A stretch of DNA of 16,426 nt, taken from the NCBI GenBank assembly GCA_019358915.1, contig JAHHIM010000058.1, forward strand, positions 1 through 16,426, given 5' to 3'. Of this stretch, positions 1 through 8,453 are shown piece by piece. Origin of the DNA: Trichormus sp. ATA11-4-KO1. GTDB taxonomy: Bacteria > Cyanobacteriota > Cyanobacteriia > Cyanobacteriales > Nostocaceae. Numbering within the stretch: position 1 is the stretch's first letter; each line of letters opens with the position of its first letter. The position numbers were made by a program, and so were the translations under genes. Below the pieces are notes generated by a model, which saw only the letters and a program-made list of their open reading frames with translations, was not told where the DNA came from and searched no databases.

Positions 1-125
1 TTTGGCTCTCGGTAGTCTTTAAAACATGCCGCTAGTCGTGATGTTATTTGTCTTTTTCTGTCGAGTTCCGCAATTAGTGTCAATCCTGCATCCGATGTTA
101 CAGGCTCACCCTTGAAATTAACTAC
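1..125 (-). mobile_element. IS1380-family transposase, N-proximal part lacking its own start and left end; runs off the window edge
   Basis: Manual minus-strand translation gives VVNFKGEPVTSDAGLTLIAELDRKRQITSRLAACFKDYREP, matching the IS1380 (DDE_Tnp_1_4) N-terminal F.G..VTSDAGL...D.R pattern. Absent from the ORF track because no stop lies in the window. Confidence 0.85.
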
Positions 126-1034
126 AAAAGCTTTACCAAAAGGGAGCCTTCCTGTTGGTTCCCGACCATTGTTTACTGCCTTGAGAATACCCCATCCCCC
201 TTCTACTTCCTGGTATTTACCGGAAATCCACTGCTTACCTTCGAGTAAACTGCGATCGCTACGACCTGCATTTTCTAAATCATCTAGTTCTAAGTAAGCG
301 CAGTCTTTTTGAGTACAAGGCACAGAAAAGCCTTGCACGTCTGAGCCGGAAATTGTCTGGTTACGCCGATTTTCGGCTCGCCCATAGACTGCATCAATCC
401 GCATTACCAAGTTACCAATTTTAGTGATGGGATTGGGCATCAATGCTAACGGTACTGCCCCCAAACCAGGAATATTTTTGACAAAACTGTTCATCCAATT
501 GCTAAACTCTTTGATTTGGACTGCATCTACATTAGGAATGGAAGTGATAGGGAACTGTGATAAATCAATTTCTCCCAATTTCCTTTGTCCAACTTCATAC
601 TGTGTTAATACTTGAGCTAGTGTTAAATTAGATGCAGCAATTCCTTGAGACTGTAGTAACCTGGCAACAGGTGTAATGTCTTTAACTGGTGTCTGCGCTA
701 ATTCTGGAACAAATTCAGCTAAATGGCTCAATGTCTGCTCACCGATTAGGGGAAATTCACTCAAGGGTATTTTGTTTAAATCTATACTCTTTAAGTTCTC
801 AGTGGTCATTGGCAAAGCGCGAAGGGCGATCGCTTGCAAAGAAAACTCCTCTGCCTGGAAAGCTTCACTGATATCTCCCAACTTCAAATACTGGTCAGGA
901 GTCATACCCACATTCCAAGTGCGACTTAGATTATAACCCAGAGCTTGGCTGTAGGGACTGCCATCAATTGCACCGGATTGACCAATCCCCGGCAATTGGC
1001 TGAGAGAAATGCGGTTCCAGTCTGGCAGCAAAAC
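126..1034 (-). pseudogene. Fragment of a conserved cyanobacterial plasmid (probably secreted, conjugation-region or M23-associated) protein, fused in frame to IS1380
   Basis: Stop-free minus frame: LLPDWNRISLSQLPGIGQSG...TPDQYLKLGD...MRIDAVYG...CAYLEL...GKQWISGKYQEVEGG...EPTGRLPFGKAF. The frame stays open up to 1211, with ATG at 1064 and GTG at 1160. Family assignment is from recall. Confidence 0.7.
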
Positions 1035-1044
1035 GAGATGACAA

Positions 1045-1737
1045 ATGGAGCAAATAAATTTCATCCCGTCAGAAGTTATGGCAGAAATCAGTAATGGTAA
1101 TAGTGCCAAACTGCCAACCAATACCTTAAAATTGCTGCAAATTTTGGCAACCTTAGGCACATCTAAAGAAGTATTGGCGTGCCTTTTAGAAATAGCTGAA
1201 TTTTCCCGGCATCATGTTCGCTACCTTGCAGGTCCATTAGTAATTCATCGCAGTCCTTGGAGTGATATGATTCCCCAATGGCTGAAGTTTGCTTGTATTC
1301 AAGAGCGTTTAGAACTGATTTGCACTGAATGCGAAAAAAACCAAGTTAGTGAATATGCTACATCCGCAGAAATTCTCACTTACATGATGCCTGCAACTTA
1401 CGAAGCACCTTTACATAGGGACTATGCTGACCTATATATTTGGCTAGGAAATGAGGTGTTAACCAAACACGATAAATTACCGAAAAATTGCCAGAGTTTT
1501 TATGAATCTCTAGGTGATTCTGTGACGAACAATCTTAACAGTTATCCCACTATTCATTTTAATCGTGTAAAAAATGAATTCAACTATCTGAGTAGGTCAA
1601 TTCGCCGTAGCGTTGTTAAACACGCAACACAAGATGGATGGGGTAAGCGTTTTGGCAAGTCTAACTTAAACTCAACTGAAAATCCGCCTACTCCTAAAAC
1701 TTTCGCCAATTCAACTGTGCAAATTAGCTTGTTTTGA
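1045..1737 (+). CDS. Hypothetical plasmid protein (230 aa) with C-terminal QISLF
   Basis: Long ORF with globular-looking composition; no recognisable catalytic motif. Confidence 0.8.
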   Translation: MEQINFIPSEVMAEISNGNSAKLPTNTLKLLQILATLGTSKEVLACLLEIAEFSRHHVRYLAGPLVIHRSPWSDMIPQWLKFACIQERLELICTECEKNQVSEYATSAEILTYMMPATYEAPLHRDYADLYIWLGNEVLTKHDKLPKNCQSFYESLGDSVTNNLNSYPTIHFNRVKNEFNYLSRSIRRSVVKHATQDGWGKRFGKSNLNSTENPPTPKTFANSTVQISLF

Positions 1738-1771
1738 ATTGGCGATAGCTGATGAGGAAGGCTCTTCCGTA

Positions 1772-1941
1772 GGTGTTATGCTAAATTTTAAACTAAAATT
1801 AGGGATTTGCCTTTAAAATCAAGGCTTTCAGGCAGTTTCAACCTAGATTTTATCCCAAAAGCTCAAACGTCATGATTAAAAGCTGTCTTTCTTGCCTAGC
1901 AAGGGATATGAGCTAATTTATAGACGTTTTAGCATAACAAG
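1772..1941. mobile_element. MITE of about 170 bp, TA-flanked, IS630-like
   Basis: Perfect 12-bp inverted repeat TGTTATGCTAAA (1774-1785) / TTTAGCATAACA (1928-1939); TA at 1770-1771 and 1942-1943; no coding capacity evident. Confidence 0.65.
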
Positions 1942-2037
1942 TAATGAAGAACCATGAGGAATTGGGTATTGGCAAACAATTTTGGATTGGTGTTAGCGAA
2001 GCAGTGTAGTGAGTATTTTGGATGAAAGTGCAATCAG

Positions 2038-3660
2038 GTAGTACTGATTGATTTACCAGCTATTCCTCAAAACCATCGCTCACTTTTAAAACAACTCCTT
2101 GGTAACTCGGCGCTCAAAATTGCCCATAATGCTAAGTTTGACTGGCAATTTCTCACCCAAGCCGGACTTAAACCTTGTGGGCATTTCTTCGATACTCAAC
2201 TTGCTTATCAAGTTTTGAATGCCGGAATCAAAACCAGCGCATCTTTACAAAATGTAGCTGCTAAACTGTTGCATGTTCAACTAGACAAAACACAACAAAT
2301 TAGTAATTGGCATCAACCCTTTACCCAAGCGCAATTGCGGTATGCTGCCTTGGATGCCTCCATATTGTTGGAACTTTACTCCATTTTGGTAAAAAAATTA
2401 AAGCAAGCGAAATTACTCAAAATTGCCCAACTAGAATTTCGCTGTATGCCCGTTGTGGCTCAAATGGAACTGAATGGAATGTTGTTTGACTTGTCCCAAT
2501 TGCAGATATTGGGTGCCAAGTTAGAGGCTAAAAAAACCACAGCACTCAAACAGCTTCAACAACTGCGTCTGGCTGGTAATGCTCAAATGTCCCTGCTGCC
2601 AGAACTCACGGATACTATCAATCCTAATTCACCCCAGCAAGTTTTAGCTGCTCTCCAAGCTATGGGCATTGGCCTCAAATCAACTAACCAAAAAGATTTA
2701 GTTCCTTTAGCCCACGAATATCCTGTAATTCAGGCACTTTTGGATTATCGACGCCTCTCCAAAATCACAACTACACTTACTGATAGCCTCCCTAAACACA
2801 TTCACCCAAAAACAGGCAGAATTCACCCAAAAACAGGCAGAATTCACCCAAAAACAGGCAGAATTCACCCAAACTACTACCAATTAGGAGCTAGGTCTGG
2901 TAGATTCTCCTGTCGTAACCCACCTCTGCAAACTATTCCGCGTGATGCTGCTGCTCGAAATTGCTTTATTGCTGCACCAGGCTACCAAATTTTAACAGCT
3001 GATTATTCACAAATTGAGTTAAGGATTGTTGCTCGTCTTAGCGGTGATCCTAGAATGCGGCAAGCCTATCGTCAAGGTTCTGACTTGCATCGACTCACAG
3101 CCGCCCTGGTGAGTGGTAAGCCTATCAGCCAAGTTAGTGAAGAGGATCGCCGATTGGCTAAAGCTGTTAACTTCGGATTAATCTACGGTATGGGTGCTGC
3201 CAAACTTCGCATCTATGCCGAAATTAAGTATGGGGTAACGATGACACTGGAAGAAGCAAAAGCTTTTAGAAAGCGGTTTTTTCATGCTTATTCTGGAGTG
3301 GCTGAATGGCATGAAACTATCAAACGAGCTTATATCAAAAGGACTAAGGAAAGCCGTACCCTAGCTGGTAGAAGGCGGAAATGGGCAAATCAGCCCAGGT
3401 TAGCAGAAATGCTTAATCATCCTGTGCAAGGTCTGAATGCTGATATTAACAAATTGGCTATGGCTAAACTTTTAAAACCATTGGCTCAAACTAACGCCAA
3501 GCTGATTTGCATTGTCCATGATGAAATTATACTGGAATGTCCAGCTACTGTGATTGACCAAGTTAGCCGTATATTACACAATTGTATGATTGCTGCTGCC
3601 CAAAAGTTTCTCAACCCTATTCCAGTTATTATCGATATTAAAACATCAAATACTTGGTAA
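2038..3660 (+). pseudogene. polA: Plasmid-type family A DNA polymerase (3'-5' exonuclease + polymerase), 5'-truncated
   Basis: Motif A ADYSQIELR, motif B RRLAKAVNFGLIYG, motif C VHDE and ExoIII YAALDA are present. The frame extends upstream of the TTG at 2215 through ExoII AHNAKFD to an in-frame TGA at 2023-2025. No ExoI DxET motif and no ATG in this upstream part. Confidence 0.85.
2800..2873 (+). repeat. In-frame 21-bp tandem repeat, 3 copies plus an 11-bp partial (IHPKTGR x3)
   Basis: ATTCACCCAAAAACAGGCAGA at 2800, 2821 and 2842; ATTCACCCAAA at 2863. Confidence 0.97.
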
Positions 3661-3665
3661 TTAAA

Positions 3666-3702
3666 AAGCTCCTGTTACATTATGTACTTGGAGCTTACTT
3701 TA
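3666..3702 (+). terminator. Hairpin after polA, possible terminator
   Basis: AAGCTCC...GGAGCTT stem followed by ACTTTT, 5 bp after the stop codon. Confidence 0.4.
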
Positions 3703-3752
3703 CTATTTTAACCATATCTGCTTACGCAGATTTAGAGTAAATCAAGAGAGTT

Positions 3753-3780
3753 TAAAACCCAGTGTAAGTGGGTTTTATTT
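3753..3780 (+). terminator. Hairpin, terminator-like or operator
   Basis: TAAAACCCA-gtgtaag-TGGGTTTTA followed by TTT. Confidence 0.4.
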
Positions 3781-3858
3781 GCGTGTCTATAAACTCGGTA
3801 AATTCTTAATATCTTATCTAAGAAATTAATTCAATACTTTACCTATTTGAGATGTCTA

Positions 3859-4155
3859 ATGTCTAATATCCGTATTTTAGGGGCAAGAGAAATTCATCTG
3901 ATTTCACTCTACAGTCACTGGGAATTTGGTATGCAACCAGAAGATTTTTATGCGAAATGGGATGTAAGTTATGAACAAATTGCCCTAATATGCTGTCGTT
4001 CTGATTCTACAGTTCGAGGTTGGTTTAAGCTAGGTAAATCTAAACGCTATCCTCAGCGTAATGATTTACGACATTTGGCATTTATGGACTTTTTGCTGGA
4101 ACATTTTGAAGAAGTTCCCGAACAACTTTGGCAACTGCTATGTCTGACTCATTAG
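3859..4155 (+). CDS. Small cyanobacterial helix-turn-helix protein
   Basis: VSYEQIALICCRSDSTVRGWF is HTH-like. The ATG at 3859 is preferred over the TTG at 3847. Confidence 0.8.
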   Translation: MSNIRILGAREIHLISLYSHWEFGMQPEDFYAKWDVSYEQIALICCRSDSTVRGWFKLGKSKRYPQRNDLRHLAFMDFLLEHFEEVPEQLWQLLCLTH

Positions 4156-4493
4156 CCTTGATCTCAATAATATTTCTATTCTACATACATAGCCCTCCTG
4201 TTTAATGATTTGTAAGAATTTACAGAGATAAAAAGCCTGTTTTTGCAAGCATTATATACAGATTATAGGCTTTATTCGTTCTCACGCATAATATTAGAAC
4301 TGCTATAGCAACTAGTTGTGATTACTGAAAGCTTTTTAGTATAAAAAGTTTTTAACTAAATAGAACACACATACAATTAGAATTGTCAATATCAATTTGA
4401 CCTGTCTTTGAGTATATCTCCTCGTTTAAGGTAAATCTTGGCGATTTCAAAGCAGATAACATAGGAACTTTACAGCATTTTAAGGAGTATAAT

Positions 4494-4730
4494 ATGACTT
4501 ATTTTGAGCAATTAAAACCGTGGTGTATTGTCCGTGATATTCCTAATCAAGAAAATATTATTGTGACAAGATTCCGCCGACGTGATGATGCTGTTGCTTA
4601 TCTGCAAGTGTTGAAGCAGTCAGGCAGAGATATTGCTTTGAAAATCATTTTTCAAGCTCAAAACGTCAAGATGCCACAGGAAAATGAAGCTGCCTTATTC
4701 AAGCGTGAACCCAAAATTGTTGCGGACTAA
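4494..4730 (+). CDS. Conserved small cyanobacterial hypothetical protein
   Basis: AAGGAG RBS upstream; L.PWCIVR...RFRRR.DA..YL pattern recalled from cyanobacterial small proteins. Confidence 0.75.
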   Translation: MTYFEQLKPWCIVRDIPNQENIIVTRFRRRDDAVAYLQVLKQSGRDIALKIIFQAQNVKMPQENEAALFKREPKIVAD

Positions 4731-4744
4731 ATAAATGTGCTCCA

Positions 4745-5308
4745 TCATTTAATAGGGTGAAAGAGTCCATCGTCACCAAAGCGCCACCCAACAGAACCAG
4801 GGTCTTTCGACCTGCACCATCTTTCAAAATCTTTAGAACTCTGATTGTTTCGTTCTCGCTCTAAAGTAGCCAAATCGACACCCAATCTTTTAGCTAGATT
4901 TTCTCCCTGATAAGCTTGCAGTTCTACCTGCGGTGGATGATATTGGTAGGACTGCCTTCTATGAGAAGTTGAAGAACGCTGCCCAAGTAAAGAGATAGCC
5001 CCTTCAATTTGTGCCAGTTTCAAAGTGATAGCTTCAGTCTTTTGCTCCAACAGTAAAAGTCTTTGTTTTGAACTATCTTCTACACGAGCATCTTGTCCAT
5101 TGGCGATTTGATGAAATTGGGCTTCGAGTTGGTGTAGACGAGATTCTACACTCATTTCTGTACCAGGAACTTGCCCTAGGATATAATGCAAACCTTGAAT
5201 AACTAAATCAGTAGCAGTAGTTTTACGTTCTCGTGCAGCGGTGCGGAGTGCATTGGTGATGGTTTTGGGGAGTTTGAAATTAATTGATTCGCGTTCTGTG
5301 TGAGCCAT
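4745..5308 (-). CDS. Putative ribbon-helix-helix (CopG-like) DNA-binding protein with coiled coil
   Basis: N-terminal SINFKLPKTITNALRTAARERKTTATDLVIQGLHYIL fits a beta-helix-helix pattern; heptad-rich middle; C-terminal SKDP...WRF. Confidence 0.75.
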   Translation of the reverse strand: MAHTERESINFKLPKTITNALRTAARERKTTATDLVIQGLHYILGQVPGTEMSVESRLHQLEAQFHQIANGQDARVEDSSKQRLLLLEQKTEAITLKLAQIEGAISLLGQRSSTSHRRQSYQYHPPQVELQAYQGENLAKRLGVDLATLERERNNQSSKDFERWCRSKDPGSVGWRFGDDGLFHPIK

Positions 5309-5477
5309 ATCTACACCATGTATATACCCTGGTACAGACAGTTTACCTTATTGACAAGGTGACGAATTTGCAGTGAAGTAAAAAAATTGGGTAGGGTAAA
5401 CTCCAGCAGTCCAGGTTTCACCTCTGGTAACGTATAACGTAGGAATTTGCATTTCTAGGGTAGTGGCGCAATATTGA

Positions 5478-6548
5478 TTATCGTCGATATCGTTTGAGAT
5501 TTAGAGAACTAGCCTCATCTTCACCTGCGTGTAGATAGTTATCTATCGTAATTTTCCCGGATGAGTGTCCCAGCGTTTTGGTGATGACGTGAATAGGCGT
5601 GTTTTTAGCAGCATGGGTGGCGTGGCTGTGCCGCAACCAATGTGGGGAGGGGATGCGACTTAATCCTGCTACTTCGGCAATGGATTTGATGATGCGGCGG
5701 ATGTGACGTTCGCCAATGGGTTCACTCGTTTTTTGGCTGGTGAAAAGTGGCTCGGTTTTGTTGTTGGCATTTTGCCGATTAGCTAGAAGGTATTGGTAAA
5801 GTTCTGTAGGTATAGGAATATCGCGCTCCTTATCTCCTTTGCCTATCACTTTGATATATGGTAGCCCGGACTGATTAAAATGTATGCTAGCCCAAGTTAA
5901 ACCACTTTCTCCTACCCGAATAGCACCGTAGTAAAAAAGCTCCAGAATTAGTTGATTGCGTTGCGCCTGTATTTTTTTGTGGGGAGTGGGGGCTTGTGCT
6001 ACAACTTGTGCTGCTGCATCGAATAGCATTTCTATTTCAGTTTCAGTTAAGGTGCGCTCCTTAATCTTTTTGCGCTCCGGAGGTACTTTTAATAACATTG
6101 CAGGATTGGCTCGCAAGTAGCCTACATCGCAAGCGTAACGCAGAAAGCTTTTCAAGGAAGCCAAGCGACGACGGACGGAAGCACGAGCAATTTCCCCGGT
6201 TTTTTCTTTTTTAAGTAGGTGGGCTTTATAAATGTCCACATCTTCTTTAGTGGTAGTGTGCAGGTTTAAATTATCTAAATCTGGATAGTCAATACCTAGT
6301 CGCCACTGAACGAAATGCATCACGTCATTTCGGTATGCCCGCACAGTTTGCTCTGACTCTCTACTGGTGAGCCAACTAGAAAACAGTTCACTGGTAGTTT
6401 CTGCCCCAGTGATTTTGGGTGTACCTGTTGCCTGTACCACCGCTGCAACCGTTGCTTTGATCACCGCTAGTTGTGTTGGTGATAATTGAGCGATGACAAC
6501 CCCTAAATCTTCCGTATCTACGTTTGTGTCTGTACGTGATAACGCCAT
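5478..6548 (-). CDS. Tyrosine recombinase (XerC/D-like, probable plasmid resolvase)
   Basis: SAM-like domain (SEQTVRAY...ASVRRRLASLKSFLRY) and catalytic residues R (AIRVGE), K (GKGDKER), HxxR (PHWLRH), H (LGHSS), Y (DNYLH). Confidence 0.95.
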   Translation of the reverse strand: MALSRTDTNVDTEDLGVVIAQLSPTQLAVIKATVAAVVQATGTPKITGAETTSELFSSWLTSRESEQTVRAYRNDVMHFVQWRLGIDYPDLDNLNLHTTTKEDVDIYKAHLLKKEKTGEIARASVRRRLASLKSFLRYACDVGYLRANPAMLLKVPPERKKIKERTLTETEIEMLFDAAAQVVAQAPTPHKKIQAQRNQLILELFYYGAIRVGESGLTWASIHFNQSGLPYIKVIGKGDKERDIPIPTELYQYLLANRQNANNKTEPLFTSQKTSEPIGERHIRRIIKSIAEVAGLSRIPSPHWLRHSHATHAAKNTPIHVITKTLGHSSGKITIDNYLHAGEDEASSLNLKRYRR

Positions 6549-6601
6549 TACACAGCCTCAAAATAATACGCGGGACAAACCCGCTCTTATCTGCCCAAAA
6601 G

Positions 6602-6633
6602 AAATGTCCGATAACGTTGCTTCCCAGACATTT
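6602..6633. promoter_or_regulatory. Putative recombinase core site (dif-like 11-6-11)
   Basis: aa-ATGTCCGATAA-cgttgc-TTCCCAGACAT-tt imperfect inverted repeat about 55 bp upstream of the recombinase start. Confidence 0.55.
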
Positions 6634-6874
6634 TTGATTTTATTCTACTCCCCTTCGCTTCCCCTTCGCTACTGTCTACACTCACGCCCAACAGGATTTG
6701 CTCAAATTCATCTAAATGTTAATTTCTGTAAAGCGAAAGGTCTGTTTTTTGATACTCCTATGAGAGAGTGTTCATCAAGCTAAGTATCTAAAACTACTCT
6801 TGGGATGGCATGGGCTGGAGTTCTACCGCACCATCAGCCTTGTTTTTACCCAGTGTAATTTACAGCTAAGCAAT

Positions 6875-7061
6875 TTGACACTCCCTACGGCTGAAGCCGA
6901 GGGATTCTTGGTTCACAGTCCAATCGTAACCCCACAGGATTGCTCCAATGGAGCTAGAGGATCAAACTCCCCAAGCTTATAAGATTCGGTGTGCCCACCG
7001 TACTCAGTCCCTTTTGCAAGATGTTGATAGCTGCATTGATATCTCTTTCCGCTATGTATTC
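6875..7061 (-). mobile_element. tnpB: IS200/IS605-family remnant: tnpB 3' end plus right end
   Basis: Minus strand encodes YIAERDINAAINILQKGLSTVG (RuvC III, RD.NAA.NI) and ends AAGAATCCCTCGGCTTCAGCCGTAGGGAGTGTCAA, a subterminal hairpin plus TCAA. Confidence 0.9.
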
Positions 7062-7166
7062 ACCCCCCACACTCCCCACCCTATGAGTGAGAAATTCGGC
7101 ATTTTGATATCTAAGAGGATACGGACAAAGGCGGCTTGTTGTAGGCTGAGGGGGCGATCGCCTCAG

Positions 7167-7307
7167 TTAACGCCTGACACTGTCTCCGTGTTTGAGGGAT
7201 TCATAAATTTCTTCAAGCGTTGCATCAATGACTTCTTCCACAATGCCAGTTTCTTTGCACACTCGTTGGGACACACGGCGTACCAGTTCCTTCTTGTCGA
7301 TAGACAT
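7167..7307 (-). pseudogene. Truncated HU-family DNA-binding protein (N-terminal 44-46 aa)
   Basis: MSIDKKELVRRVSQRVCKETGIVEEVIDATLEEIYESLKHGDSVRR* matches HU helices 1-2 and stops just before the FGTF strand. Below the ORF-track cutoff. Confidence 0.75.
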
Positions 7308-7449
7308 CTTTACACTAATTCACTCTTTAAAATCACCAATAACGCTGATTAGATATTACAGCTTAAGAACAAATTATAATTATTATGGTTGTAAAAACAG
7401 ATAAAATATTATTAATTATTTCCAATCAATTCCCAATAAATCAAATTGA

Positions 7450-8340
7450 ATGACTCGATTTATTCATGACCAATTCGCCAAGGATTATCTGGAAGAATTA
7501 CTAAAACCTTATGGAGAAGTACAAGCCCCCAGTCGTGTAGCAGGAGAAGTGCGAGAAATTGATGTTTTATTTTCTCCAGCAGCACAACAAACTACCAATT
7601 TAGCGACATTAGGTTTATTAGGAAAGTTGGCGACCAATCCTGCTATCTTTGAGCCATTCCGCAATGCGGCATCTAAAGAAGAAATTTGTGATTGTCTGTT
7701 GAAATTATTAGAAGTTAGGGGTGCATTACAACGAGAAGCTAATAAAAATAAAGCTCCGATTCAAGAATTAGAAATTCCCAAATTATGGATTCTCACCCCA
7801 ACAGCATCCACGACGCTGCTGTCAGGGTTTCGTGCAGTTCAAGGTGAAGATTGGTTGCCTGGAGTACATTTTATGGCAGACTATTTACGGACAGCCATTG
7901 TAGCCATCCATCAGTTACCACAAACTCCAGAAACACTATGGCTGAGAATCCTGGGTAGAGGAAGGGTACAAGAGCAGGCAATTAATGAGTTAAAAGCACT
8001 ACCATCAAATCATCCATTCCAGAAAGCGACGCTAGAATTAGTTTACAACCTGCGCCAGAATTTGAGAGTAAATCAAAATTTAGAAGAAGATGATAGGGAG
8101 TTAATTATGCGGCTAGAACCACTTTACCAGCAAGACCGGGAACAAGCCAAACAAGAAGGGATTCAACAAGGTGAACGTCTTGTAGTGGAAAACTTACTAC
8201 AAGTTCGTTTTGGTTCATTAGATAAAGAAATAAGCGCAATTATTGAATCAGTATTAGGATTATCACCTGAAGAATTTACCCCATTACTCATGCAATTATC
8301 ACGGGAGGAATTGATTGCTAGATTTGGCAGACAATCTTGA
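7450..8340 (+). CDS. Rpn-like / PD-(D/E)XK-fold cyanobacterial protein
   Basis: HDQFAK, REIDVLF and AIFEPF motifs, QEGIQQG linker and LLQVRFG C-terminal helical module typical of Rpn/DUF4351-like proteins. Confidence 0.75.
   Translation: MTRFIHDQFAKDYLEELLKPYGEVQAPSRVAGEVREIDVLFSPAAQQTTNLATLGLLGKLATNPAIFEPFRNAASKEEICDCLLKLLEVRGALQREANKNKAPIQELEIPKLWILTPTASTTLLSGFRAVQGEDWLPGVHFMADYLRTAIVAIHQLPQTPETLWLRILGRGRVQEQAINELKALPSNHPFQKATLELVYNLRQNLRVNQNLEEDDRELIMRLEPLYQQDREQAKQEGIQQGERLVVENLLQVRFGSLDKEISAIIESVLGLSPEEFTPLLMQLSREELIARFGRQS
8107..8340 (+). CDS. Putative nested in-frame small protein (77 aa, RpnS-like antitoxin)
   Basis: AGGGAG-ttaatt-ATG inside the gene, in frame, at the boundary of the C-terminal module. 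Confidence 0.55.
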   Translation: MRLEPLYQQDREQAKQEGIQQGERLVVENLLQVRFGSLDKEISAIIESVLGLSPEEFTPLLMQLSREELIARFGRQS

Positions 8341-8390
8341 TATTTTATTTATCAGTTATATCCCATTGTCAATTCATAATAATAACTATA

Positions 8391-8415
8391 TCGGGGATAA
8401 TATCTCCGGCTTTTT
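8391..8415 (+). terminator. Possible intrinsic terminator
   Basis: TCGGGGAT-aat-ATCTCCGG stem (with G-U pairs) followed by CTTTTT. Confidence 0.4.
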
Positions 8416-8453
8416 ATGCTAGAAATTCAAGGTGAATTCAACTCCAGCTACAT

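Noticed and set aside
112..936. Plus-strand ORFs 112..297, 424..615, 676..936 and 689..871
   Set aside because: Antisense shadows of the long minus-strand frame.
2800..2873. Possible CRISPR array
   Set aside because: Units are directly adjacent with no spacers, lie in frame in polA, and no cas genes are present.
4361..4376. Second LexA-like box TAGAAC-acac-ATACAA
   Set aside because: The right half-site is mismatched, so it is too weak to call.
5309..5450. GTWWAC-like short motifs upstream of the RHH gene as operator or centromere repeats
   Set aside because: Too degenerate and irregularly spaced to support without alignment.
6493..7352. ORFs 6493..6783, 6800..6982 and 6948..7352
   Set aside because: They run antisense across the recombinase start, the tnpB remnant and the HU fragment, and have no protein-like motifs.
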